In this document: positions 38,508-47,006 of the stretch, piece after piece
How positions within the stretch are numbered: the stretch's first letter is position 1
Layout of the letters: every line of letters begins with the position of its first letter
Made by a program: the position numbers and the translations under genes
Source: a virus
Taxonomy: Duplodnaviria > Caudoviricetes
Strand: one strand, 5' to 3'
Virus record (IMG/VR): IMGVR_UViG_3300002895_000002
Location: 149,117 to 213,116 of that record
Length of the DNA stretch: 64,000 nucleotides
The notes under the pieces: model-generated
Databases searched by the model: none
Seen by the model: the letters and a program-made list of their open reading frames with translations, nothing else
What the model was told of the DNA's origin: nothing

Positions 38508-39230
38508 ATGAATGTCCGCAAGCGACAAAGCTATAACACCAAGGGAATGACTGACAAAGCGGACTGTCAGAAGTGGCACTTCCTGAAGAGAATTCGTGAG
38601 CGGTATGGAATTTACTTTGGTGAAGAGCGGTATGTCCAGATTGTAAATTCTATTCGTTCCGAACGATGTGCTGAAGAAAAGGGAATTGAAGTTCGCTTTG
38701 TTAAAAAGCAATCCTGGCGAGTTGACGAGTATGAAGTGATTCTTCCTGAGGTAAAGGAGCTCATCAATTTCTACAAAACACTGGCTCTTTTGAGCTTGTC
38801 ACAGTGTGATATTTTGACCCTTTGCGTTGACTTGATTGAATCCCTTATCAAGAACGATGTTCAATCTGTGATATCCCAAGTTCCCGAACTTGAGCTACTC
38901 ATGGAAATTGAAGAACTTCCCATTTCATTCACTGCATGTTACGATCACCAGAGAAGGCAAATTATCACTGCTTTGTTTCCTTTGGATGAAGGATTGTTTA
39001 CTGTTCATCAGTTTATTGATTACTTCGGAAATACTGTCAGTACCCGGACAGAGTATGGAAAATACTTTGAAATCAATATAAATACAAAGACTTTACAAAT
39101 ACCATCCACAGATACCGAGTTGGTTTCAGCTAACGAAGAAATAATCCAATGGAAATCGGAGGACAAGAAACTATGGACCTGGAACCGACAAATGGAGCAG
39201 CTCTCGATGGAGCTGAATGTGGAATGGTAG
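38508..39230 (+). CDS. Hypothetical protein
   Basis: AGGAGG RBS; HFLKRIRERYGI motif. Confidence 0.6.
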   Translation: MNVRKRQSYNTKGMTDKADCQKWHFLKRIRERYGIYFGEERYVQIVNSIRSERCAEEKGIEVRFVKKQSWRVDEYEVILPEVKELINFYKTLALLSLSQCDILTLCVDLIESLIKNDVQSVISQVPELELLMEIEELPISFTACYDHQRRQIITALFPLDEGLFTVHQFIDYFGNTVSTRTEYGKYFEININTKTLQIPSTDTELVSANEEIIQWKSEDKKLWTWNRQMEQLSMELNVEW

Positions 39231-39913
39231 AGGAATCTTCACCATTCATTCAGGGTACTCCTGACATTCCCTGCGAGTTCAACCTCATCTGCAAGACCTT
39301 TGAGGTGGAGTTCGATAATGAGCTCTTGAAGGATGAGGTCACCTACACGGTTGACTATCATGATGACAGGATCATCATCGTCCCGCGGTCCGAATACTTC
39401 AACCGCTCCAAGGAAGACGAGTATATCTCCTTCATCGCCTCCATCGTCTGCTCGTTCTTCATGTTCTGTAAGGCAGACGATGTTCTCGAAGATGACAAGA
39501 TGATCCGCCTCTTCGCCCAGACATTCCATCAGATCGTCTCCACCTCTGTCTATGATGAGAAACCCGAGAAGCCTATGGTGGGTATCCCATCGTCCTTCCA
39601 ACTCTTCGGCAAGACGATCAACATTCGCCCAGACTTCTCCATGTACAAAGCCAACGGTGCCATGGGTCTCGCCAAGCCGCATGAGTGTGAGATCCTCCTG
39701 CTTCCGGATAACGACCTCATCCCTCGGTCCTCAGCAGATCTCTTCGGCACATACCTGCATGAGGTAGTGCACTTGGTGTTCCATGCAATCGGTGAGGACG
39801 GCTTGTCCGCGAATGAAACGACAGTCAACCTCTTGGGATGCGCATTAGCCCAAGTCTATATGTCGGCTGAGTATTATGATCCAGAAATTGATGTTGAAGA
39901 GGAGGGAGAATAA
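39224..39913 (+). CDS. Zincin-like metallopeptidase with an internally duplicated domain
   Basis: TYLHEVVHLVF...NETTVNLLG in the second repeat. Confidence 0.65.
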   Translation: MVEESSPFIQGTPDIPCEFNLICKTFEVEFDNELLKDEVTYTVDYHDDRIIIVPRSEYFNRSKEDEYISFIASIVCSFFMFCKADDVLEDDKMIRLFAQTFHQIVSTSVYDEKPEKPMVGIPSSFQLFGKTINIRPDFSMYKANGAMGLAKPHECEILLLPDNDLIPRSSADLFGTYLHEVVHLVFHAIGEDGLSANETTVNLLGCALAQVYMSAEYYDPEIDVEEEGE

Positions 39914-40647
39914 TGGCTGGTAAACTTTTTGTGACTGGAGATCTCCACGGTGAAATTGATGGAAGAATAATCAGTTCTAATAAATGGCCGGAAGGAAAAA
40001 CATTAGATAGGGAAGATGTTCTGCTAGTGACCGGCGACTTTGGATTCTGGTGGAATGAATCCAGAAATGATTATTACTGGCGGGATCGGCTCGAATCTAA
40101 ACCATTTACCATCGCCTTTTGTGAAGGAAATCACGACAATCAACCGCTGATGGAACGGAACCCTACAGTAGAAAAGTGGGGTGCTGATGTGAAGCAACTC
40201 CGGGACAATGTCTTCTGGCTCAGACGTGGCCGGGTGTACGACATCAACGGCGTGTCAGTGTTTGCTTTCGGTGGTGCCACATCATCCGACAAGGAAAGCC
40301 GTAATGCTTATGTGACTTGGTGGCCTGAGGAGGTTCCTACCTACGGCGAGTGGATGATCGGTGAGACTAATTTGGATGTTCGTAACTGGCAGGTGGACAT
40401 CGTTATCAGCCATACTCTTCCGACGTGCATGAAGGATGAAGCATTCAAGCTCATCCAGGAAAAACGTGGGTTTATGCAGCCCATTGAGGATCCGACCGAA
40501 GCCATGCTCCAATCCTACTATGAGAAGACCCACTTCCTCGCATGGTTCGCTGGACATTTCCACACCAACACCCTACTTTCAGACGGGAAGACCCGTGTCA
40601 TATACCAAAGAGTGCTCGATGTGAAGCAGTTGCTCATGCGAGACTAG
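39913..40647 (+). CDS. Calcineurin-like metallophosphoesterase
   Basis: GDLHG, GDFG, EGNHDN, SHT and GHFH motifs. Confidence 0.9.
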   Translation: MAGKLFVTGDLHGEIDGRIISSNKWPEGKTLDREDVLLVTGDFGFWWNESRNDYYWRDRLESKPFTIAFCEGNHDNQPLMERNPTVEKWGADVKQLRDNVFWLRRGRVYDINGVSVFAFGGATSSDKESRNAYVTWWPEEVPTYGEWMIGETNLDVRNWQVDIVISHTLPTCMKDEAFKLIQEKRGFMQPIEDPTEAMLQSYYEKTHFLAWFAGHFHTNTLLSDGKTRVIYQRVLDVKQLLMRD

Positions 40648-40656
40648 GAGAAACGA

Positions 40657-41097
40657 ATGGAACTGATGATTTTGATAGCCATTATGGCTGGGTTGGCTTT
40701 CTTTATGTTCATCGTAGATCGGCTGATTCGAACATACAAGAGAAGGAAAGTTGCGGTTGAACAAGCTATGGTCCTTCCAGAGCCGTTCAAAGACCACCCT
40801 GCGTTTCATGAGACAGATCTTCAGGAGTTCAGATATTTCTGGAGTATGTATGTCTTTTGTCAAAAATATCCAGGAATTCGATTGACTCTTCATTTTAACC
40901 ATTACCCAACGCTTGACGATGTGTTCCGTCTAATCAACAAAAAATTCGGTGAGGGTGACGAGCGTTTGGATCATTTCCGAAAGGTGATCTGGAATCTTCC
41001 CTTCCCTGAGAAGCCTCAGCAAGCTGGAGGGAAGTCCGAAATATCCCTCTTCGGAAATTCAATCACCATCAGTCACGATATAATGACCGAGAACTAA
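40657..41097 (+). CDS. Hypothetical protein with N-terminal membrane anchor
   Basis: AGGAG RBS; hydrophobic first 22 aa. Confidence 0.6.
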   Translation: MELMILIAIMAGLAFFMFIVDRLIRTYKRRKVAVEQAMVLPEPFKDHPAFHETDLQEFRYFWSMYVFCQKYPGIRLTLHFNHYPTLDDVFRLINKKFGEGDERLDHFRKVIWNLPFPEKPQQAGGKSEISLFGNSITISHDIMTEN

Positions 41098-41105
41098 AAA
41101 ATCTG

Positions 41106-41134
41106 TTGACATCAAACCTCCCTCATGTTATTAT
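41106..41134 (+). promoter_or_regulatory. Sigma70-type early promoter
   Basis: TTGACA-N17-TATTAT. Confidence 0.8.
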
Positions 41135-41160
41135 TGATTTACGACATGAGGGAGGTCACA

Positions 41161-41460
41161 ATGAAAATCACCAATAAGATCCGTAAACCACTTTCCAAAA
41201 TTACCCACTCCGTTTCCACTGTCAGACATAATTCCCTCACTGACGCACTAAACATCATCGAGAAAGAAGGCCTCGAACCTCTGGGCCTGGAACTTCAGAA
41301 CGAAGACGGCACCCCGTTTGGTGCGATCTTTTGTGGTGAAGAAGGTACTGCTTATATCAGGTTCGGAAACGCTGAAGAGATGGTTGATAACTCCCTCCTA
41401 GTATATTACTGGCACAAGCTGTCAAACAACCGTTGGGAAATCAACGCTTACTTTTCATAA
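41161..41460 (+). CDS. Hypothetical protein
   Basis: GGAGG RBS plus ATG at 41161. Confidence 0.6.
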   Translation: MKITNKIRKPLSKITHSVSTVRHNSLTDALNIIEKEGLEPLGLELQNEDGTPFGAIFCGEEGTAYIRFGNAEEMVDNSLLVYYWHKLSNNRWEINAYFS

Positions 41461-41471
41461 AGGAGACCGCC

Positions 41472-41654
41472 ATGCCGTTTGTCACTTCTGAAGTATACGC
41501 TGGAATGCCCGAAGAAGACCTCAACCTTATCATGTATGGCATTGTTGCTGAGCATGAGGAAGACCTCCTCATGCAGTATGATTTGGGTCTGGAACCCAAT
41601 GAAACCATTGAGTATATGGCCGATGTTTACGAGATCGCCTACGGAGAAAAGTAA
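41472..41654 (+). CDS. Small acidic hypothetical protein
   Basis: AAGGAG RBS. Confidence 0.55.
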   Translation: MPFVTSEVYAGMPEEDLNLIMYGIVAEHEEDLLMQYDLGLEPNETIEYMADVYEIAYGEK

Positions 41655-41947
41655 TGAAAATCGAATGTAACGACGTAATGACTCTTATCCGCGGTTCTCT
41701 TATGGAGAACTTCTATCGCGAGAAGGACCGCATCATCAAGGAACACCTCATCAAGATTCTCGGTGAAGACTTCCGACTTGAACTTCCAAAACATAAGCTG
41801 TCGGTCAACATCTATCCGGATGGTTCAGAGCTTTACATGATCGACGGTGAAGGTATCGTGAAGTTCCTTTCGCTAAAGTCAGGTGTCGACATGCAGAATG
41901 GGAAGGGCAATCTGAGTCTTACCCAAAATTATTACTCCTTCGTATAA
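41654..41947 (+). CDS. Hypothetical protein
   Basis: Coupled ORF. Confidence 0.55.
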   Translation: MKIECNDVMTLIRGSLMENFYREKDRIIKEHLIKILGEDFRLELPKHKLSVNIYPDGSELYMIDGEGIVKFLSLKSGVDMQNGKGNLSLTQNYYSFV

Positions 41948-41953
41948 AAACTG

Positions 41954-41982
41954 TTGACACTAGGTTTCCGTTCTGTTACTAT
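41954..41982 (+). promoter_or_regulatory. Sigma70-type early promoter
   Basis: TTGACA-N17-TACTAT. Confidence 0.8.
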
Positions 41983-42004
41983 AATATAGTAATGGAAAGG
42001 GTAA

Positions 42005-43276
42005 ATGAAGATGAATTTTACACGAGATTATTTGAAGAATATCTTTTCGACTTCGATACCTGATGCATTACTTGAACATGTTGATTCTTCTAAATGTTTC
42101 GTGGTTGGTGGTGCGGTACGTGATATCCTCTTAAATATTCCTTACAATGACATAGATATAACCGTTTCAATCAATGAACAGGAGTTTAATGAACTTCCTT
42201 TTGAAAAAGTTGGAAAAAAATTCCCGGTTTATATCGTCGATGATAAAGAAGTTGCGCTAACAAGAACTGAGCGTTCAATAGGTAATGGTCATAATGCATT
42301 TGAAATTGTATCAACGGGTGTTTCCATCGAGTCTGACTTAGCCAGACGCGATTTCACGATTGGATCTTTAGCGATTGATTGTAAAGGTAACCTCATCGAC
42401 CCATTCGGCGGTGTGGAAGACCTGAACAGCCGCAAGCTCCGCGCTGTGTTTCCGGCAGCATTCCAGGAAGACCCCATCAGGATCCTCCGTGGTTGCCGCC
42501 TTGCCGCAAAGCTTGACTTCACTTTCGAGAGCAGAACCGCCGAGTTGATGTACGAAGCTGCTCCGCTGCTTGAAGGTGAGCGGAAAGAGATGATCGTAGT
42601 TGAACTCGAGAAGATGTACAAGCAGTGTGAAAAGCCGTCCGAGTACTTCTACCATCTCGCGAAGGTAGGTGCACTCGAGTACGTCTGTAGACCGCTCTTT
42701 GCTCTTCTCGGTGTTATCGCCGGTCCTGTCCAGTTCCATCACGACGAGCATGGGAACGAGATTACCGCTTTCGACCACACGATGTACGTGATCGACCGCT
42801 GCAAGGCCAATGGGTACAGCTTCGAGGTGTTCATGGCTTGTGTTGCTCATGACTTCGGCAAGGCAACCACCCCGACAGAGATCCTCCCTCATCACTATGG
42901 GCACGAGCTGCGGTCTGCTGGGATTGCCAACGAGTTCTTCGAGAATCACCGGTTCTCTGCTCGGACCAAGAAGCTGGCCATCAAGGCAGCCAAGCACCAC
43001 ATGAGCTTTCACTTCCTGACCCAGATGAAGCCACTGAAGATCGTGCGGTTTCTCCGATCGCTTCCGAGAGACCTCTTCTTCGAACTCATCGAGGTGGCTA
43101 ACTGCGACCATCCGCTGACTGAAGAGCAACGTGTCATTATCTTCAGGTTCCTGGATGCGGTCAGACAAACTCCCATCGAGGTTCCTGAGCGAATCAAGAA
43201 AGATGGGAAGAAAATAGCAGAGTTCATCGATAATGAAATCACTAAAACGTTCAAGCAACTAACGAAAGGAGTGTAA
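42005..43276 (+). CDS. cca: tRNA nucleotidyltransferase (CCA-adding enzyme) with HD domain
   Basis: VVGGAVRDILL..DIDI, DLARRDFTI, EDPIRILRGCRLAA, AHDFGK. Confidence 0.9.
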   Translation: MKMNFTRDYLKNIFSTSIPDALLEHVDSSKCFVVGGAVRDILLNIPYNDIDITVSINEQEFNELPFEKVGKKFPVYIVDDKEVALTRTERSIGNGHNAFEIVSTGVSIESDLARRDFTIGSLAIDCKGNLIDPFGGVEDLNSRKLRAVFPAAFQEDPIRILRGCRLAAKLDFTFESRTAELMYEAAPLLEGERKEMIVVELEKMYKQCEKPSEYFYHLAKVGALEYVCRPLFALLGVIAGPVQFHHDEHGNEITAFDHTMYVIDRCKANGYSFEVFMACVAHDFGKATTPTEILPHHYGHELRSAGIANEFFENHRFSARTKKLAIKAAKHHMSFHFLTQMKPLKIVRFLRSLPRDLFFELIEVANCDHPLTEEQRVIIFRFLDAVRQTPIEVPERIKKDGKKIAEFIDNEITKTFKQLTKGV

Positions 43277-43280
43277 TCAA

Positions 43281-43439
43281 ATGGATCTTCAAATCGCATG
43301 CCCGAAATGTGGTGCACAACTCACAAGCCCCGAGGACCGTCCGAAGATGGTGGTTGTAACAGGAGAACAGGTCGAAATGAACTGTGAAGTATGTTCAGGA
43401 ACGTTCAAAGTCCATATTAGTATAGCAGAGAGGACCTAG
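43281..43439 (+). CDS. Small zinc-ribbon protein (52 aa)
   Basis: CPKC...CEVC; AAAGGAG RBS. Confidence 0.6.
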   Translation: MDLQIACPKCGAQLTSPEDRPKMVVVTGEQVEMNCEVCSGTFKVHISIAERT

Positions 43440-43496
43440 ATATAACCCTTCTGTTAAAGTCTTGTCAAATGTCTGATTTTGTTGTTTAATTTGTAT

Positions 43497-44114
43497 CATT
43501 TGTGCTTGCATTTTTCACCGTGCCATCTTCCAAATGATCCGGGTTCACATGCTTTGCCACAGTATTTGCATATTCGTTTTGGTACTCTTTGTTTTCCTGA
43601 GATAATGTTATCTATATGTGATTTTGGTAATTTTTGTTCTTCATACGAATACTAGCTGCTGTTTTGAATTCATCAGACATTGATTTGCCTTTATTCCAAG
43701 AAGGTCTTCCTTTTCTAGTAATAGACATTTTTTGTTTGGTTTCTTCTGAGGCTTTTCTATTTTTCGCTTTTTTGATATCCGCTGTTTGGTTTCTTCTGAG
43801 TGAGAATAGTTTAGTTTGAGCCAAGTATATTTTCTAGAATTATATCTACCATTTGTAGACATCATTTTGAATGCTTTTGCCATTCTTGGGCCCTTAGCTA
43901 TATGACCTCGCCATATACGGGCAAGAAGCAGATGGGCGATGAAATGTTCACGCAAAGGAAGGTTGACTCGATTCCAGGAACCGTTAATATCTTGAATTCC
44001 ATCAAGCTTTGCGAATGAACGAGGGATGATGTGATGGTCTTCCGTTTGTTTCTTGATCCTGGGAGTGTTTCTGTTTCGTTTGATGATGCGGTCGTAGATT
44101 GCTTGGTAATCCAT
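43497..44114 (-). CDS. HNH homing endonuclease (family member 2), broken by two homopolymer indels
   Basis: N-terminus nearly identical to the 32751 gene. Adding one A at the runs 43768-43773 and 43631-43635 restores NUMOD3 repeats and a C-terminal CKYC...WHGEKC finger. Confidence 0.8.
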
Positions 44115-44126
44115 GACATTCTCCCT

Positions 44127-44219
44127 GATAAATAGATGTGACCGGGACAGCGGAGATATTCTCCCCTCCGTTGGCTGTCGACCCCCATCGCAGCCTTACC
44201 GGTTCCATTCTTATTTATA
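44127..44219 (+). ncRNA. Putative HEG-associated three-way-junction RNA, copy 2
   Basis: Covarying stems, conserved GACAG/TT/TTA junction segments, flanking convergent late promoters. Confidence 0.75.
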
Positions 44220-44225
44220 AATCTA

Positions 44226-44254
44226 TTGACATTATCAAGAAAAGAACATATAAT
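44226..44254 (+). promoter_or_regulatory. Consensus sigma70 promoter
   Basis: TTGACA-N17-TATAAT. Confidence 0.9.
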
Positions 44255-44276
44255 CAAATAAAAAAGGAGAATGAAA

Positions 44277-44534
44277 ATGGCAATGAAACCTGTTCGGACT
44301 GGCGTGAAACCTGCAACAGCGTTGAAGGCAATAAAGGAATTCTGCATCGAATGCATGGGCGGCGACAAGAAAGAAGTCGAACATTGCACCGCCCCTAAGT
44401 GTCCGCTCTTCGACTTCCGCTTCGGAAAGAAGCCGGGCAAGGGTGAAAAGAGTGACAAGCCCAAGCGGGTTCTGAGCGAAGAAACCAAGGCTAAGATGGC
44501 CAAGGCCAGGGAAGCCAAGAAAAAGAAGGTGTAG
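44277..44534 (+). CDS. Small basic Cys-containing hypothetical protein
   Basis: AIKEFCIECMGG...CTAPKCPLFDFRFG; Lys-rich tail. Confidence 0.65.
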   Translation: MAMKPVRTGVKPATALKAIKEFCIECMGGDKKEVEHCTAPKCPLFDFRFGKKPGKGEKSDKPKRVLSEETKAKMAKAREAKKKKV

Positions 44535-44535
44535 T

Positions 44536-44668
44536 ATGGAAGAGAAACCCTACATTTATCGAACTGCTCATTACCATCGCCATCATCGGCATTCTCGCCG
44601 CCATCATCATCCCTGCTCTTGCACCGGTCGGTAAGGTGATCACTACCGGTATCAGTGCGGCATTCTAA
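44536..44668 (+). CDS. Type IV pilin-like membrane peptide; needs a 1-nt correction in the first 5 codons
   Basis: TFIELLITIAIIGILAAIIIPALAPVGKVITTGISAAF* in the +1 frame relative to the ATG at 44536. Confidence 0.6.
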
Positions 44669-44795
44669 GGAGACACCATGCTAACTCTCGAATTATTGGC
44701 TGCTTTAGCCAAGACAGTTTCAATAATGGGCGGGGTTGGTATCATTCTTGCTGCTGTCAAAACTGCATTCTAAGGAGACACCATGCTAACTCTCG
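44660..44795 (+). repeat. 31-bp perfect direct repeat (44660-44690 and 44765-44795)
   Basis: GCATTCTAAGGAGACACCATGCTAACTCTCG occurs twice, 105 bp apart. Confidence 0.95.
44678..44773 (+). CDS. 31-aa hydrophobic peptide
   Basis: AAGGAG RBS; MLTLELLAALAKTVSIMGGVGIILAAVKTAF. Confidence 0.55.
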   Translation: MLTLELLAALAKTVSIMGGVGIILAAVKTAF

Positions 44796-45238
44796 GAACA
44801 CTGTTTGCACTCATCCTCATCGGTCATCTCATCGGCGACTACTTTGTTCAAACCGAGTACCAGGCCACAACCAAGAAGTTTCCCTGTACTGAAGGGCATC
44901 TCGCTTGTGCCATCCACTGCCTCACCTACTCGTGCACTGTGGTAGCTACCATCATGATCCTCGGGAAGTGGCTCTGTGACATCGACATCAGCTTCTACCA
45001 GCAGCTTGCCACGTTCGGTCTGGTCTATCTCAGCCATTACCCATTCGACCGAACCAACATCATCGGCAAGCTCATGGCACTAAAAGGTCTCGTCAAGCCG
45101 CCGGTGCTCGACATGAAGAACAGCACGAGCCCGAAGGACATCCTGGATGTCACCAAGTACTTCGTGGTGTACGTCGTGGCAGACAACACGGCTCATCTCT
45201 TCTTCATGACACTCTTCCTCGGCTTCCTGCTTCTGTAA
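44783..45238 (+). CDS. DUF3307-like membrane protein
   Basis: GHLIGDYFVQT, HC..Y, SHYPFDR, DNTAH. Confidence 0.75.
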   Translation: MLTLGTLFALILIGHLIGDYFVQTEYQATTKKFPCTEGHLACAIHCLTYSCTVVATIMILGKWLCDIDISFYQQLATFGLVYLSHYPFDRTNIIGKLMALKGLVKPPVLDMKNSTSPKDILDVTKYFVVYVVADNTAHLFFMTLFLGFLLL

Positions 45239-45251
45239 GAAAGGAATAATA

Positions 45252-45824
45252 ATGGGATCACTCAGTTTTTTCGACCTCTCAAGGTATAAAGGTGATGTTC
45301 TGGTGGAAACCGGAACTGGAATGGGGTATGGTGTTGACTATGCTCTGAACAGTGGTATTCCTAAGGTTCACTCCTGTGAGGTCTACGATGAGGTCTTTCA
45401 ACATGTGACGAAGAGATATGAGAACGACCCTCGGGTAGAGATCTATCAGCAATCCAGCATCTATTTTCTGGACAATCTCCTGCCCCAGATACCCAAGGAC
45501 TCCCGTATCGTCTTCTGGCTCGATGCTCACTTCCCTGGTGCTGACTTCATCACTCATCAGTACAAGAGTGACGACAATGAAATCAACCTGCCGCTCGTGC
45601 ATGAGGTCGATATCATCAAGAAGCATCGAGCCGGCTGTTCGGACGTGATTCTCATAGATGACATGCGGATTCTCGACCCGTATGACAGAGCAACCCTGGA
45701 AAGTCTCGGTCTCTTCCTGAACTACCCAGGGCTCAGTTTCCTCGACGACTTCAAACCTACCCATCACATCGCCAAATATTTCGTTCATCAGGGATATATT
45801 GAGCTGGTGCCGGTGGACCTATAA
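45252..45824 (+). CDS. Class I SAM-dependent methyltransferase-like protein
   Basis: LVETGTGMG, FWLDAHF, ILIDDMR. Confidence 0.7.
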   Translation: MGSLSFFDLSRYKGDVLVETGTGMGYGVDYALNSGIPKVHSCEVYDEVFQHVTKRYENDPRVEIYQQSSIYFLDNLLPQIPKDSRIVFWLDAHFPGADFITHQYKSDDNEINLPLVHEVDIIKKHRAGCSDVILIDDMRILDPYDRATLESLGLFLNYPGLSFLDDFKPTHHIAKYFVHQGYIELVPVDL

Positions 45825-45831
45825 AAAGTTC

Positions 45832-45860
45832 TTGACATCCCAGACCTCCTCTGTTATTAT
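45832..45860 (+). promoter_or_regulatory. Sigma70-type early promoter
   Basis: TTGACA-N17-TATTAT. Confidence 0.8.
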
Positions 45861-45886
45861 GGAAACACAATACAGAGGAGGCTTCC

Positions 45887-46126
45887 ATGAGTACAGAGTT
45901 TGTTTGGCCAGATTTCGGAGTAGGCATCAGGGACATCGTGGTGAAAGAAATGCCCTACTCTGAGATGCGGGCAGCTTTCAACGAGATGGCAGGCATCACC
46001 AAGTTCCTCACAGCGGACATCGGTTGGTCGGACATGATCCTTCGGTTCGACGATGACCGTAAGTTCGACGAAGCCGCAAAACTCCTGACTGCTGCTAACA
46101 TGCCATGGGAAGAGAGGGAAGCATGA
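45887..46126 (+). CDS. Hypothetical protein
   Basis: GGAGG RBS. Confidence 0.6.
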   Translation: MSTEFVWPDFGVGIRDIVVKEMPYSEMRAAFNEMAGITKFLTADIGWSDMILRFDDDRKFDEAAKLLTAANMPWEEREA

Positions 46127-46401
46127 AAGTTTCAGGCCACAAGAAGATGGTTGCGGAGTTGTTCGTGACCGTGGATGGATACACCGTCAGGTTCAACGAT
46201 CTCTTCGAAATCGTTGAGGAACTGATGGATTGCGACGGTTTTACTGAAGCGGTGGTCATCTATAGCGATGAAGTGGCTCTGCTCTTGGGTGCGGGTGGAT
46301 ATGCTCGTAAGAACTCCCGCGGTTCCTGGTACCGGACGGATAAGACCGAGGCACTTTATGATGAACTCGGTCGGCTTGATGATTTTCCGATGAAAGGCTG
46401 A
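46123..46401 (+). CDS. Hypothetical protein
   Basis: ATGA coupling to the previous gene. Confidence 0.55.
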   Translation: MKVSGHKKMVAELFVTVDGYTVRFNDLFEIVEELMDCDGFTEAVVIYSDEVALLLGAGGYARKNSRGSWYRTDKTEALYDELGRLDDFPMKG

Positions 46402-46402
46402 T

Positions 46403-46609
46403 ATGTACTGCACGAACTGTATGGGTAGGGTTCACGAAGTAGGTCATAACATTTCCACTGACCACGAAGAGACCCAGTTCTCCGAGTGTTATTGTGGAAG
46501 AATCTCGTCCATAGTCTATCCTTATGACGGAGATGAACGCATCCTTTTCGTTGGCCTTGCTCTCACCCCGTCGGAGAAGGCACTCTACGGAAACATTGAG
46601 GTTGATTAA
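46403..46609 (+). CDS. Small zinc-finger protein
   Basis: CTNC...CYC. Confidence 0.55.
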   Translation: MYCTNCMGRVHEVGHNISTDHEETQFSECYCGRISSIVYPYDGDERILFVGLALTPSEKALYGNIEVD

Positions 46610-46611
46610 TT

Positions 46612-46773
46612 ATGAAAAAGAGCAAATCTGAAAATTTGAATAAATCCGTATATGACCGGATTCGTAAACCAACCACTCCTCCGACCAAGGTGATTCAGAG
46701 CCAAAAGGAGAAGCTTCGCGAGCGCGAGGACCGCAAAGCAATGGAAGAAGCCGAATGGGAGGTTAATTCATGA
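46612..46773 (+). CDS. Small basic hypothetical protein
   Basis: MKKSKSE...RIRKPTTPPTK...; GAGG RBS. Confidence 0.5.
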   Translation: MKKSKSENLNKSVYDRIRKPTTPPTKVIQSQKEKLREREDRKAMEEAEWEVNS

Positions 46774-47006
46774 CCGATTTTAGCGTCTCGCCCGGCTATT
46801 GGGCTGTTTATCCTAATTTTCTTCAACCAGGAAAATTCACCGTCGAACAACGCGATGCTGCTATTCTGTGGTGTCGAGAGAATTGTGTAGATAAATTCAT
46901 ATCTTCGGATCTTCATCCATGGGCTTTTCTTAATGAACAGGACGCACTGAATTTCCAAAAACAGTTTGGTGATATTGTACAATATAAACCAGAGGAGAGA
47001 ATCTAA
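46770..47006 (+). CDS. Hypothetical protein
   Basis: GGAGG RBS, coupled. Confidence 0.55.
   Translation: MTDFSVSPGYWAVYPNFLQPGKFTVEQRDAAILWCRENCVDKFISSDLHPWAFLNEQDALNFQKQFGDIVQYKPEERI

Noticed and set aside
43767-43773. Canonical A_AAA_AAG slippery heptamer in frame in the HNH gene (also at 2389-2396), suggesting programmed -1 frameshifting
   Set aside because: Each gene needs a second, non-canonical shift as well, paralogs are intact without shifting, and similar indels occur across the contig. Sequencing error is more parsimonious.
44127-44219. Element as a known self-cleaving ribozyme (hammerhead, twister, pistol, HDV/theta) or a tRNA
   Set aside because: No CUGAUGA/GAAA core, no HDV-type nested pseudoknot order and no T-loop or anticodon architecture on either strand, by manual inspection.
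44536-44634. His-rich peptide MEEKPYIYRTAHYHRHHRHSRRHHH in frame with the ATG
   Set aside because: It is the shifted reading of ATC/GCC-rich hydrophobic codons; the +1 frame gives a recognisable pilin-like helix.
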